Assembly: GCA_051362555.1 (NCBI GenBank)
Contig: CM120644.1
Location: 22,218,534 to 22,282,533 of the forward strand
From: Lingula anatina
Lineage: Eukaryota; Animalia; Brachiopoda
Length of the DNA stretch: 64,000 nucleotides
Reading direction: 5' to 3'
Shown: piece after piece, positions 26,160 to 39,919 of the stretch
Layout: every line of letters starts with the position of its first letter
Numbering within the stretch: position 1 is the first letter of the stretch
Translations under genes and position numbers: made by a program
The notes under the pieces: model-generated
Databases searched by the model: none
What the model saw: the letters and a program-made list of their open reading frames with translations, nothing else
What the model was told of the DNA's origin: nothing

Positions 26160-29100
26160 GGGTGTGTGTGATGGGGCCTGTTATTTTACTTCTATGCAAA
26201 ATAGATGTAAAAGGGTGTATTTACTTAACGATTTTACATGTACAATATGTACTTTCATGCCCATTATTAGTGAGGTGGGTAAGTCCACCCTATGTGTAGA
26301 GGGTCTCTATAGTATGGGTCTCTATATAAAGTAGGGGCCGCCAAAATGTACGTCTGCTATTATCACAATTAATATAACTTTGAATATTTGAAGAACATTT
26401 TACATTTTATCTTTCTTAATCTTAAGAAATAAGAATAGAAATAAAATATGCTAACTGTATTTAAACTCCATTTCTCATCCATATTTTCCTTTTTTTGATA
26501 GCATGCACTACACGGAAATGTATTACCCTTTTCTGCTTATAACTGAATTTATTTTTACTAATTATAACCCCTGCTTCCCTTTGAAAGACCTACAGTTTTT
26601 GGAGTAACTGTTGTTCATTTTGTACAAAAGATCCACTTTGTCTGTCTACCTCATGGCAGGAGTTCACATGGCAGACTGCTGGCATATGGACTGAAAATGC
26701 CCACATAAGTTTAAGTAAATATCAAGCCCTACCCTAAGACAAGCTGATTTTCAAATAAATCTCACCTAATATTCAAATCTTTTCAACTATGGATAATTTA
26801 CTTGTCCGTGTCTTAGGAAGGGGCTTATAAAAATGAACTTCTTTTATCCTCACGTCATTTTGAGATGATTCTATTTCTATCAACACTACATGTAAGAAAA
26901 AAGCAATCAAAATATTGATCACGGCATTGATTGGCCACTTACTGCCTTTCTTTTTTAAACTGACACCTTCTGTACCCAATTACAAAATATCACAGCTGTC
27001 ACCTTACTACAACTATAGAAATGTAGCAATGTATTTCAGAACTCCCCTAAAATGCACATTTTCAGGAATATTTGACAAGGTCATTTTGACATTTATTTTT
27101 GATATTGTAAAATTAAGAAAAAATTACAGTAGATCATAAAAGTATAAGACCTCAATTTAAATTGGTATCATTTGTTTCATTCATCCACACGTTATTTTTC
27201 ATGTACAAAGGTGGGCACTTATCAGCACTTATCCTTTACACTTTCAGTGTGATGAAAGGATCGGAGGTGTCAGTAGTAGACAGTCGACCAAAATGTACTG
27301 GGGTTTAATATGTTGTATTCTAGCATATAATCAGCCAAACGGTAACTATTGTATCAGATATAAAGTGCAACGGGGTTATTTTAACTCCCTCCCGACTGTT
27401 GCAAAATTATCAAAGAAACAAAACAAATATTGAATGCACCTTACATCACATGAACGAACGCTGTTATTTTTTTAATTTGTTTAGTTTTTGCCACTGCTGA
27501 GATGTTATTGTGACCTGTAGATATAAAAGACCAAGAACAAATACTAATGCATTGCACAGGTAGCTAAATGGGTAGAAGAAAAAACGGAGAAACACATTTT
27601 GTCGAGCAGTGGCTTTTCAAAGGCTGTTTTCAATACACTTAAAGTTAAGTGCAAAGGCTACTTGTTTCTATATTTTCCGAATTTCTGTTTTGATAGGATT
27701 AAATAAAATGCTTGGCTTTCAGTCTTCTGGATGGTCTTGGATACTTTTGTGCCACAGGTGTTTCTTTCAAACACATTGATCTGACCTATTTCCCAATGCT
27801 GGGCCAAGAAACGGCTTGTCCCAGGGTAGCAAAATGAGGGGGGAATTTCAAACTATCGGAGACTTGTCGTGAAGTGGTTTCCAGTTAGTTCTGGACAAGG
27901 CCAAATAGCGCAGTTAATTTACAAGTAACTCTTCTCCCAGGGTAGAAAAATGAGGGGGAGATTCCAAATTACCTGAGATTATCACGAGGGGGTACGGTTT
28001 ACGGTAGACAAGCACGTTAAAACTATATCAAATCAAATTCAATTTATTTCTGCCCTGGTATTTTAATTATCACATCCTTGTATAATATAATATAATATAA
28101 TATAATATAATATAATATAATATAATACCATCGGTGCTTTACTATTCTGCCAGTGGTACCTGTATTTGTTATTTAGTCGAGGTGCATTTTGAAACAGCAA
28201 CGCTACAAGATTGCTTTACAGATCTAAGAAAGATTTAAAATGCTGTAACATTTCCCGAAGATATTGTTGTACATGTACTACATGTATGTTGAAAGGTAGA
28301 AGTGAAATGGGGTTACCTCGACTCTTTTCTCCACATCTGGTTGGCCTGTTCCTGTGGTGGATGATTCTTTTTATTCACATTTAATTTCTGTTATCTCCCT
28401 CTAGAGTGACGAATACAAATATAAAAGATTGATTGACCTAACAATAGTACATGGACCCTTCAGGACTTGAGTTAAAGAAACTGGTCACCAGCACCAGGTT
28501 CTGCCTTTTTCTTCCACGTTGTAATTTTTACTATGTACACCTAGATCAGACGTGTTAGGTGGGACTGAACTTCGGTGTCTTAGTTTGTTTGGGGCGGCGC
28601 TGTCCTGGGAGTAGCTGATTTTTCACATTGTAATTTCCACTAACTACTGTTGCTGAACTGGGGGTGGTGGTGGGGGTGGATAATATCTAAAATGAAATTG
28701 AAAATGAGACAAATACATTTTGACAGTTTTAATGGACACTAAATGCAGGTTATTGTTTTTTCTCTAGATACCCTTGTAATTTACCCTTAAAAACTTGGAA
28801 CTCTCAGGGCCATTTTCTCCGTGTCTGTTGAGAATTTTACGGGAAATATTCAGATTAGCGTTAATTCCAGTTATAACTATCCTCTCCATAACATTCCAAT
28901 GTATTCATGAGATCTGTGGTTCACCTTATAATTTTAATTATGAATTTAAAAATTTAAAAACAACAACAGTGTCGATCGCTAAACAACCCTTTCAAATATA
29001 GGCCAAGGAATTCATTACAGAAGTCAACGAAAGCTCCACCCTTACGGATTCTAAGGTCCTATTACCAGGTGAAAAATGTCATCCACTCTGGGCCAGCCCG

Positions 29101-29384
29101 ACCACCAGTCACACCGTCATTTCAGCCCAAAATTCTGAAATTGTCAAGGGGCTATGCATATCTCTAATATATTTTAGTAAAAAGAATAAAAGGAACCGTG
29201 AACTGCAGTCTGTCTTGGTGATATTTACTTCATTACACTGTTACATCAACGAAAAAGCTTGAATGAAAGCAACATTAATGGAAGGAAAACATCACACGGT
29301 TATAGGTAATTTGTCAAGATGGATATGATGTATAAGATAACATTGTTGATATTAGTCTTATATTGACCAAGATAAAGCCTATCT

Positions 29385-29452
29385 TACTTCTACGTTCCAA
29401 CTCAGCAGAGACGATGGATGACGAAGTGTCAGTAACCATGGCAACAGCAATT
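29385..29452 (+). pseudogene. 5' stub of the deleted HEPN exon of paralogue 2
   Basis: cagcagagacgatggatgacgaagtgtcagtaaccatggcaacagcaat aligns to 3475-3523; the sequence then jumps to homology with ~5135-5300. Confidence 0.75.
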
Positions 29453-30175
29453 ATTTTTTTTTAATATTCCAAGTTAGTTGAATTAGGGACACTAGCTGTC
29501 AATAAGAGAGATATCATGTTCAGTTTCCCACGTCCTCGAAACATCGTAAAAGTGTAATAAAACCTTAATAAAATCATCAAACAAATGAAATGTGAACAAA
29601 AAGTGTTAACGGCCTTTTAAAGAAAATTTTGAATCAAAATAACCTGTACCACTAATAAATTGCAGGGGATAGAGATACATCCGAGTTTAGAAAAATCCAG
29701 GCAATATGATTCAATAAAATTCCGATGCAGCTGAAAAAATATGTGAATATCGTAACAATATAAAAATGTATTATATGCTGTGTTTTTATCTTTTAAAGAT
29801 CATTAATTAGCAAGGGTAGGATTATAGGAACCGTAATATGTAATTTACCATTTCAATAAAGGAAAAATATGCATTACTATGACAACATATATAAATGCTT
29901 TTTCGCTAAAACCTAATGGGAATTATTCCCACAAAAGACAATAAAAATAATTACTGATACCTTAAAGCAGTTTTATGGAGTACAGGGTATACGAAAAATG
30001 AATTTGGGGATGAATCAATCAACTAGAATTCAGAAAATAGTCAAGAAAGGACTGCTATCCCGCTTTCCTCTATTCCAAAACCATTTCTATCATACCAAAC
30101 CTTCAAATATATCTCTTTCAGTAATGCAGAGCGCACAGGACTAGGACAGGACAGGAGTGTAGAAAAGAAGACACC

Positions 30176-33100
30176 ATGGCCGAAGAAGTTATAGGAGGCG
30201 TGGAGATATTAGACTTTCTACGAGATTTGGAGAAAAGATCAGTAGATGACCAGACACCAATACCAGACATGGTCACCAAATGTACAGTGCTGGAGCTAGC
30301 ATACAAGAACATTCAGCATATCCCTAACACCATAGATAGATGTATCGATGTGAAGAAGATTAATCTCACAGGGAATAAACTTTCATCCCTCCCTTGGTCG
30401 TTGTACGAGTTAAAAAAACTCACACATCTGAACCTCAATTTGAATAACTTCACAGAGCTCCCAGCCTCATTGTGTTCTCTACCACAAATAGAGTACCTGG
30501 ACCTAGAGTATAACAAGCTATCCAATATCCCTCCTGATTTCAGTCAGATAACCTCACTGAAGAGATTAAATCTCGGGTGGAATCAGTTCACAGAGCTCCC
30601 AGCCTCAGTGTGTGCTCTACCACTTATAGAGAACCTGGTACTCGCTCATAACAAGCTATCCAGCCTCCCTCTTGATGTCAGTAATATGACCACACTGAAG
30701 AGTTTAAACCTCGGGTGGAATCAGTTCACAGAGCTCCCAGCCTCAGTGTGTGCTCAACCACTTTTAGAGAACCTGGTACTCGCTCATAACAAGCTATCCA
30801 GCCTCCCTCTTGATGTCAGTAATATGACCACACTGAAGAGTTTAAACCTTGGGTGTAATCAGTTCACAGAGCTCCCAGCCTCAGTGTGTGTTCTACCACT
30901 TTTAGAGAACCTGGTACTCGCTCATAACAAGCTATCCAGCCTCCCTCTTGATGTCAGTAATATGACCACACTGAAGAGTTTAAACCTCGGGTGGAATCAG
31001 TTCACACATCTCCCAGCCTCAGTGTGTGATCTACCACATATAGAGAACCTACACGTAGAGTGTAACATGCTATCCAGTCTCCCTTCTGTTGTCAGTAAGA
31101 TGACCAAACTGAGGTGTTTATACCTCGGGTACAATGCTTTCACAGAGCTCCCACACTCAGTGTGTGCTCTACCACGCGTAGAGTACCTGGACCTTGAGCA
31201 AAACAAGCTATCCAGTCTCCCTCCTGATATCAGTAAAATGGCCACATTGAAGAGATTAAACCTCAGAAAAAATCAGTTCACAGAGCTTCCAGCCTCAGTG
31301 TGTGAGCTACCACATTTAAAGAACCTGGACCTACACCATAACGAGCTATCCATTCTCCCTCTTAATGTCAGTAAGATGACCACACTGAAGAGTTTTAACC
31401 TTGGGATGAATGCATTGACAAAGCTCCCAGCCTCAGTTTTTGCTCTTCCACACGTAGAAAACCTGGACCTAGAACAAAATAAGCTATCCAGTCTCCATAT
31501 TGATATCAGTCAGATGACCACACCGAACTATATGAACTATATGGACCTCCAGTTAAATCAGTACACAGAGCTCCCAGCCTCAGTGAGTGCTCTACCACGT
31601 GTAGAGTACCTGGACCTAGAGCAAAATAAGGTATCTAGTCTCCCTCCTGATGTAAGTAAGATGACAACACTGAAGAGTTTTAACCCCGGGTGGAATGAGG
31701 TAACAGAACCTTCAGTCTCAATGTGTGCTTTACGACATATAGAGTACTTGGACCTAAGCCATAACAACCTTTTTCGATTTCCTCCTGATGTCAGTAAGCA
31801 TACCACACTGAAGAGTTTGAACCTCAGGTGTAATCAGCTTTCAGAGCTCCCTGCCACAGTATGTGCTCTACTACATATAGAGAACCTGGTACTCACTCAT
31901 AACAAGCTATCCAGACTTCCTCCTGATGTTGGTAAGCTGACCACACTGAAGAATTTGAACCTCGGGTATAATCAGCTCACAGAGCTCCCAGCCTCATTGT
32001 ATGCTCTACCACATATAGAGAACCTGGACCTAACTAATAACAAGCTGTCAACTCTCCCTCCTGATGTAAGTAAAATGGCCACACTGATTTTTTTGAATAT
32101 TTCCAGCAATAATATCACACGTTTACCCCACCAGCTTGCTTCACTTAAACTTCGTTATCTGGATGTGCACAATAACCCCATCCAGCAACCACCCATGTCA
32201 GTATGTGAGGAAGGAAAAGAGGCAATATTCAGATACCTAATAGATCTTAGAGAATCGCAAGTGCTCCAGTCATGTAGAGTGCAATTAAACCTCCTGGGAG
32301 AAACAGAAAGTGGGAAAACCAGTTTAGCACGCTCCTTACGACATGGGACCCCTGTGTTGACTGATAGGGCTGATAGAACCAGAGTTGTGGAGCAATCTCT
32401 GTGGGAAATTGAAGGGGACATCAGTTTTAACATCAATGATTTTGGAGGTCACGAGATGTACAGAGTTGGACACTGTATATTCATCTCACAGAACAGTATA
32501 GTTCTTGTCACCTTTGACCTGTCGACCTATGACCCTTGCAGCAGATCCCATTTCAGACAACATATTGGAGCCTGGATAGACATGGTGCAGTCCCATAATC
32601 CAGGGGTGACAATTGCATTGGTTGGTACACATCTCGATAAAATAGATGAGTCGACCCGCAAGGCTGTCTGTGCATCTATTCAAGAAGATATCAAAGATGA
32701 AAGGATAACGAGGAAAAACTGGAGTGAAAGGCAAATGAGAGATCTTAAAGAAAGAATACAGTACTCACAGAAAATCAAAAATGAATGTCTGATTTCAGCA
32801 TACAGGGAGAAGATGACATCACTGCTGAATAAAGGTGGATATGATGAATCAAGAATCCATCCTTCCATTTTCATGGTGAGTTCCAAGACCCAAGCAGGTT
32901 TTGGAGACCTTACAGATTATCTAGCTACCCAAGCAAAGGAAAGAAGTGTTACCCTACCACAAACCTGGCACAAGGCAGCAAAGGCCATCTATGCAAAAAA
33001 AGAAAGCAAAACTGAAAACACACTTCACATTGAAGATATAAAACAAGACATAGGAAACTCTGTTGAAGGTTTCATGGATACCACAAAGTTCTTATGGAAC

Positions 33101-34025
33101 AAGTTTCGTCAAAGAACAGATGATAATGTAAATGGTATCCTTGCTTTCCTTGCCAACAGAGGTGAAATTATCTGGTATCCAAACAGTCCAATCCTCAGAA
33201 ACACCATCTTCCACAGACAGGAAGTTCTAGCTGATCTCCTGAAGGCAGTGCTCAACCACGATAAAGATGCGCTTTTAAAACAAATCATCTTAAGTGAGCC
33301 TATGGAAGAGAGAATTAGAGAAGATTTCAGCAAAAGAGGGGTTCTCTCTGTGCAGGTAATGGAGGCCCTATGGAAACAACTTAGTTTGACAGCCAGGGAA
33401 ACTAGTGCAATGGTGGAGCTCATGCAGAGGCTGGAGTTATGCTTCAAGGTGAATGAGGGCATAGATGGCGCCACATTTCATTTTCCATGGCTACTGGAAC
33501 TAAGCCGCCCAGCAATCCTCTATTCCAAGTGGCCTCAGTCCGTACCACAGGACACTACACAGCTTACCCTGAAAGTGTATTTTCCATACCGCTGTCCTGA
33601 CGGTCTCTATGAGAAATTGTCTGTGCGCCTTCATTCAACCCTTGGACTCTATCAGCCCATGAGGAGAGACTGGAGAGATGGGGTATTTGTGGACATGACA
33701 TCACACTGCATGCAAATAACGAGAAGCCAGACGGACAGAGACTGGGTGATCACCATTGCTGTCAGAGGTCAACATCTCCCAGACCTTTGGACAACACTGC
33801 TCCAAAACCATGACCACATCAAGGATATCATGGAGGAAGATTGGCCTGGCTTACCTTGTGACAAGTACCTGGTGTGTCCTCACTGTACAAGTTTAGATGT
33901 AGATACCCCAACACTGTTTCCTGGTGAAATGATTGAACAGCCCCCACTCATGACTGTTGCCAGGGTACCATGTTGGAAATCGGGAGAAATGATTCCAGCA
34001 GACTTAATAAATCCCTATATGCCAG
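30176..34025 (+). CDS. MFHAS1: Roco paralogue 2: 28 LRRs + ROC + COR (MFHAS1-like)
   Basis: Same ROC/COR motifs as paralogue 1. Acceptor ends at 30121, ATG in ACCATGG context, donor CCAG|GTAAGA. About 1395 aa together with the CARD exon. Confidence 0.9.
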
Positions 34026-34314
34026 GTAAGATTATCATTAGAAATATTTTGATATTATCCCAGTCCAAGTAATGATGTCTATTCCAAAAGCATGCCCTAC
34101 TGCTACAATTCACCTACCCAATGAATATACGGGCATTAGTTTTATCAGAAACCGGCGTTTAAAATGACAGCTACCCTTAGAGGGATATGTATAAAGTTAT
34201 ATTGTAAAGAAACTGAATGACTCAAAACGTCCCTTATTATTTCATTGTTTTGATTAACACCAATCTTCACTTTATCAAGTTGTTCATGCCCTCGTCTCAA
34301 TTATTCATTTATAG

Positions 34315-34652
34315 GTTTCTCAGCCATGAAACCCCACCAAAAGCGTGCCCTGAAACAGCACATAGAGCTACTGGTCAGTACTATTACTACCCCATGTCTA
34401 AGTTACCTTCTGGACAAGCTAATAGAGGAAGACATAATCACAGACAGAGAGAAGGAGTATGTTCGCTCAAAACCATCTACTGAGGACACAGAGGAGGCTG
34501 AGGGGGCAGCAGCAGCAAGTGTGGTGTCTCCTGAACAGACAAGAACACTGCTCAATATTCTGCTTACCAAAGAGGAGAGGGCATTTCAGTGTCTGTGTAA
34601 ATGTCTGGAGAAGAATGGACAGGGGTTTCTGGCTAAAAATTTGAAACGGTAA
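34315..34652 (+). CDS. Roco paralogue 2, CARD exon
   Basis: Acceptor ttatag|GT in phase; highly similar to 9947-10293; possible donor after 34648. Confidence 0.85.
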
Positions 34653-34899
34653 TGAAGCTTTAAGTTGATCAATGAAGAATGTTTAGGTTTTTGAATAGAA
34701 CCCATTAAATATCCGTAAGTTTCACAACGGTGTATATTTTTGTACTTCTAAGAAGCACATAATTTATAACGTTGTTTATATAATTTGGTTCAAATCTTGA
34801 ATGGAGACAAATGCAACCACGAAATGAAATGACATTATCCTTTATTTAAAGCTAGATACAGTTTTATTTTCGTTTTCCAGCTTCTGAATCCCACACTGC

Positions 34900-35970
34900 A
34901 ACGATGGCATTGATAACACTATGTCGTATTGGATCATTACTGTGACCCACTACTACGACAGATATCCAATTCCATGGATGATGACATTGATAACACTATG
35001 TCTTATTGGATCATTACTGTCTGGTGACTGTGACCCACTACTACAGCAGATATCCAATTCCATGGATGATGACATTGAAAGTACTATGTCATATTGGATC
35101 ATTACTGTCTGGTGACTGTGACCCACTACTACAGCAGATATCCAATTCCATGGATGATGACATTGATAACTCTATGTCTTATTGGATCATTACTGTCTGG
35201 TGACTGTGACCCACTACTACAGCAGATATCCAATTCCATGGATGATGACATTGATAATACTATGTCTTATTGGATCATTACTGTCTGGTGACTGTGACCC
35301 ACTACTACAGCAGATATCCAATTCCATGGATGATGACATTGATAACACTATGTCTTATTGGATCATTACTGTCTGGTGACTGTGACCCACTACTACAGCA
35401 GATATCCAATTCCATGGATGATGACATTGATAACACTATGTCTTATTGGATCATTACTGTCTGGTGACTGTGACCCACTACTACAGCAGATATCCAATTC
35501 CATGGATGATGACATTGATAACACTATGTCTTATTGGATCATTACTGTCTGGTGACTGTGACCCAGTACTACAGCAGATATCCAATTCCATGGATGATGA
35601 CATTGATAACACTATGTCTTATTGGATCATTACTGTCTGGTGACTGTGACCCACTACTACAGCAGATATCCAATTACATGGATGGTGACATTGATAACAC
35701 TATGAATGGGTTCAAAATTTTTGTTCCATGTATACAAATAAAAACAGGTACAAAATATAATAACTTCAACTTGCCAGTATTTCTAAAATACCAACCTTTA
35801 ATTTTCATTTTCCAGATTCCCAGCATGTTACGATAACTGAAATGCGAACTGCTGCAGCAGATATCCAATTCCATGGATGATGACATTGATAACACTATGT
35901 CTTATTGGATCATTACTGTCTGGTGACTGTGTCCCACTACTACAGCAGATATCCAATTCCATGGATGATG
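34900..35970. repeat. 88-bp minisatellite, ~9 + ~1.3 copies, interrupted at ~35704-35853
   Basis: Same unit as 10639-10892; the 88-bp period is also visible in the ORF track. Confidence 0.95.
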
Positions 35971-36968
35971 GTGAACACTTACTTGATCAGTATCTGATAT
36001 AGTATTACAGTGATGTACATTGTATATACTGTATAATGTGTTTCCAATCACTTTGTTACATATTTTTCGTTGTATATTTGCTGCATTTAGCTTTTAACAC
36101 TTTCAAACCTGATGATGTTATGATGGATACTGGCTATCTCCAGTCATTGATTTTGTAAATATTGATAAACAATTAAGGTGTCAAAGTATTTCAATGCTAA
36201 GGAAACATTGATCTTTATTTCTTCTCTAGTAAATACAGGTACTGAGGGGTATCATTTATTAAGACCGGTGAGCGTGATTTTCTAGATGTTTTGGAGAAGT
36301 GACATTGGCAAGCAGTTCCTCTGTATATTGTCTGCAATTATACTATGTTTGTGTATAGCCTGTCGGTACCTCTATTGTAACATAGTGTACATGTTTTGAT
36401 ATTGTATACTAATCTTGTGGTTTATATATTACCAATTCATCAATCTTGCATCATCAATATATGTTATATGATACTGTATTTATATTATATTACAGTGTGT
36501 ATATACGGTAGGAAAAGTCGTATCATGCATGGCAGATTTTAGTAGTTAATTATGTCAGATAATTTTCAGTCCTGTATCTCCATTATATGCTAATCGAGCA
36601 GAATTTTATTTTTAATTTAAATTGAATGATGAAATTTTAAAGATTTTAATTGCATGTGTTGAGCCATTTTGTCATAATTCTCTCATTTTTGTCGAGTGGG
36701 AAACTAAAGCTTAGGTGAGTTGTATTGAGATGTCGTAGGGTGTACTCCAAGTACATAAAGAAAAGTATCTCTGATGTATTGTATTCAGCCTATTGTTTTA
36801 ATGTATTGTACAGAGACATTGTATTTCACCCTTTATTGTAACATTTTTTAAATTAGGACTTGAGATAGGGTTCAGGTGTTATTTTTAATATTAAAATGAT
36901 GTGGCATTGACAATAACAGTGATTGGGTGTTACAGAAACTTTTTTTACATGTACGTAAACATTATATG

Positions 36969-37365
36969 CATTTTACTATCACTGTAGAGGGTATTATTAA
37001 TATTGGAGGATTGTCCATGTCCTATTCTGTCAGATATTTTACTATCACTGTAGAGGGTATTATTAATATTGGAGGATTGCCCATGTCCTATTCTGTCATA
37101 TATTTTACTACCACTGTAGAGGGTATCATTAATATTGGAGGATTGTCCATGCCCTATTCTGTCATATATTTTACTATCACTGTAGAGGGTATCATTAATA
37201 TTGGAGGATTACCCATGTCCTATTCTGTCATATATTTTACTATCACTGTAGAGGGTATCATTAATATTGGAGGAATATCCATGCCCTATTCTGTCATACA
37301 TTATACTAACACTGTACAGGGTATTATTAATATTGGAGGATTGTCAATGCCCTATTTTGTCATAT
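36969..37365. repeat. 66-bp minisatellite, ~6 copies
   Basis: Unit tattttactatcactgtagagggtattattaatattggaggattgtccatgtcctattctgtcata. Confidence 0.9.
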
Positions 37366-38528
37366 ATATTCAATTTGACTTTGTTAAGCTGTTGTCAAAT
37401 TGGTTTAAGAGTTCTTGACTTTTATTCAGTTGTTCAAAGACACCAGCTATATCATGAATATTTTTGATAGGAATTATTTAATAAATCATTATTTTGTAGT
37501 ACAGTACTATACATGTCTGTTAATTGCATTTTTGACACTTATAGTTTTACAGAATTGGGAGATATTTTTGGGATCATGTTACTGTAAAAGGAGTTTGTGT
37601 TCAATAAAACTTGTATATGTTTTGTCAGAGAAAGAGACTTATGGCAGGTTGCTCGTCTCAGAATCTTTATTCTCTCATTCTGTTTTCTCAAGCAGAAGAT
37701 TCATGTTGAATAAATGTTGGCAGCAATGATCTGTGTCTTCAAGAAAAGAATAAACTGTAAAATATAACAGCCACGGTGGTACTTCTGTCATTCTCTACCC
37801 ACTCATTGTTTCAAAAAAAAAAAAAAAAAAAAAAAAAAGGGCCATTCCTTTGTTTATCTAATTATTTTAATACAGTTAAAACTGTATAGAGTATAGCGCC
37901 TCCTAAAATAACATATCTTCCAGCATGAATAAGGATAAAAGAATTAATGTTAGAGAAGAAATCTCCTGCGTCATACAGATGGAGTTCCCCTATGTTATAT
38001 GAACTTCAGGTTCTAACACAGCAGAAACAACTTGTAAGATTGTTGTCTTGTATTGTGATGTGGTTTCCAGGACAAAAGAGTGTTCGGCATTTTTTTTTTT
38101 TTTTTTTGCATTGGCAATAGTCCAATTTTTTTTCTGTTATTGGTAATGCATTCCCCATTGCTTTTGACGAGTTCCTACTTACATATAATTTGAAATGGTT
38201 AAGAGTTATCAGGATGACCACGGGAGGCTGTGACACGTGCGACGGCATTATAAACTAATAGGAAATAAAGCATTTAAAGTAAATAAAATTTAATATAGCA
38301 AAATTAAATCTGTTTTACGTTTCATTTTGGACAAATGACATTCAACTGCAGATTTACTGTGGAGCAGTTCTGTTTTGATTGACGGATACGCAATATTGTC
38401 GCTGTTCCTCTGGGCCACTGCTATTCTATTAAAAGTTATGAATAGTTAGCAAGCTAGCTTTCAGTGCCCTGATACTTTGTGTATTCAATCTATTGCTTTC
38501 TCGTGGTAACATGTTTGTGTATTGGGAA

Positions 38529-38679
38529 CAGGCCCGTAGCCAGCAATTTTAAAGGGGGGGTGTCTTTTCCCATAAAAACTACATGTACCTAGATCAAATT
38601 TTGCCCAGAGTGGACCTTTTCCCAGCAAAAGGGGTGGTTCTTTCAAACCCCCCGAACCCCCCCCCTGGCTACGGGCCTG
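38529..38679. mobile_element. Short hAT-like MITE
   Basis: Perfect 15-bp TIR caggcccgtagccag ... ctggctacgggcctg; TSD not clear. Confidence 0.7.
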
Positions 38680-39763
38680 GGGAGTACCTTAACCTTTAAG
38701 TCACCCAAAGACTTAAGGAACGCAACATGCTGTGGCGAGAAATTGCGCAGTTTCCAAACAGGCCATTCGCGTACCAGTGAGGAAACATGAGCCAAATTTC
38801 CAAACTGAGATTGTATCATACCAGGACCAGCAGCTGTAGGTAAGGACTTATTAAACGACCATTTGGCGAATTGCTATACTGATAAGTTAGTTAGTTAGAC
38901 GGGCGTTTTTAAGTGAAATACTGTCGACTTATCAATCAAAATACAGACAAATACAACAAAACACAGACTGTCCATATTTCTCTGCAATGGAATCTCGGTG
39001 GTTTGATAGGCCATATAGTCTCAACGGTTGGGTCAAATTGAAAAAAAAAAAAAAAGTCGCTGGTGTGTCGTAGACGGCATTGTACGTTCTTTAAGTCTAA
39101 ATTGTTCACCTACTCACAATATTTATAATATGTCGATGTATGGGTACAGTTCATTGACACATGATTGTGTCATGCTACCATATATTATATAGTAGTCTCT
39201 GTAGATAAAAGGAGGCACCCTCGGTCAAAGAAGAATTGTAATGATAGTTAATGCTTACTATGCTCTATTTGTACGAATTTGAAGTTGTGTGTCTCATGAC
39301 CACGTGCGTGTCTAATAACGCAGGATGACTATACCGACTACTAGTCCAGAAATCTGGTGAAATATAATGCATGTTTTACCTACACGCATGAAATTTGACA
39401 CAGTTGTGAATAATGACATTCTACGCAAATTTGAATTTATTGGCATGTCTGAAATTCCAAAATGGCCGTCAAATTTAAGATGGACGCCAAAATACCCTTT
39501 CTAATTGAAACTTCAAACACATAGTCTTTTAATGGCTTAAATATTATACAAAGGTTAGAAATTACCACGGTATAAATTCAGTATCAATATCTGCTTCGTT
39601 AGGTGTATTAAAGCCAAAATGGCCGCCAATAAGAAAAGCAGTCCACTTATCCAAGATATCCAATTGAACGAGATTCCAAGCAATTTAGGTTAAATTCCAA
39701 TATGACCGCCACAAATATCCGTTCAAATGAAAGCTTCAAGTATATGATCCTAAAATAGCTTTA

Positions 39764-39872
39764 AGGGATAAAAACTCTTCGTTTCGGCCAAAAATGAATT
39801 TTCCTGGAGTAAACAACAATTTTCCCATACTTACCAATGGTTAATGAATCCATTTACATTCAATGTTAGTCC

Positions 39873-39919
<47 letters not shown>

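Noticed and set aside
29002-29150. Possible relic coding exon upstream of the HEPN stub
   Set aside because: An acceptor-like site is present, but there is no clean donor and no homologue elsewhere in the window to support it.
34900-35970. 88-bp arrays as CRISPR arrays or coding repeats (65-aa ORFs MDHYCLVTV...)
   Set aside because: The units are contiguous with no unique spacers, the context is eukaryotic with no cas genes, and the period is not a multiple of 3, so the ORFs are frame-cycling artefacts.
36927-37418. 163-aa ORF with 22-aa repeats
   Set aside because: It is a translation of the 66-bp minisatellite; the paralogous region has one copy and no ORF.
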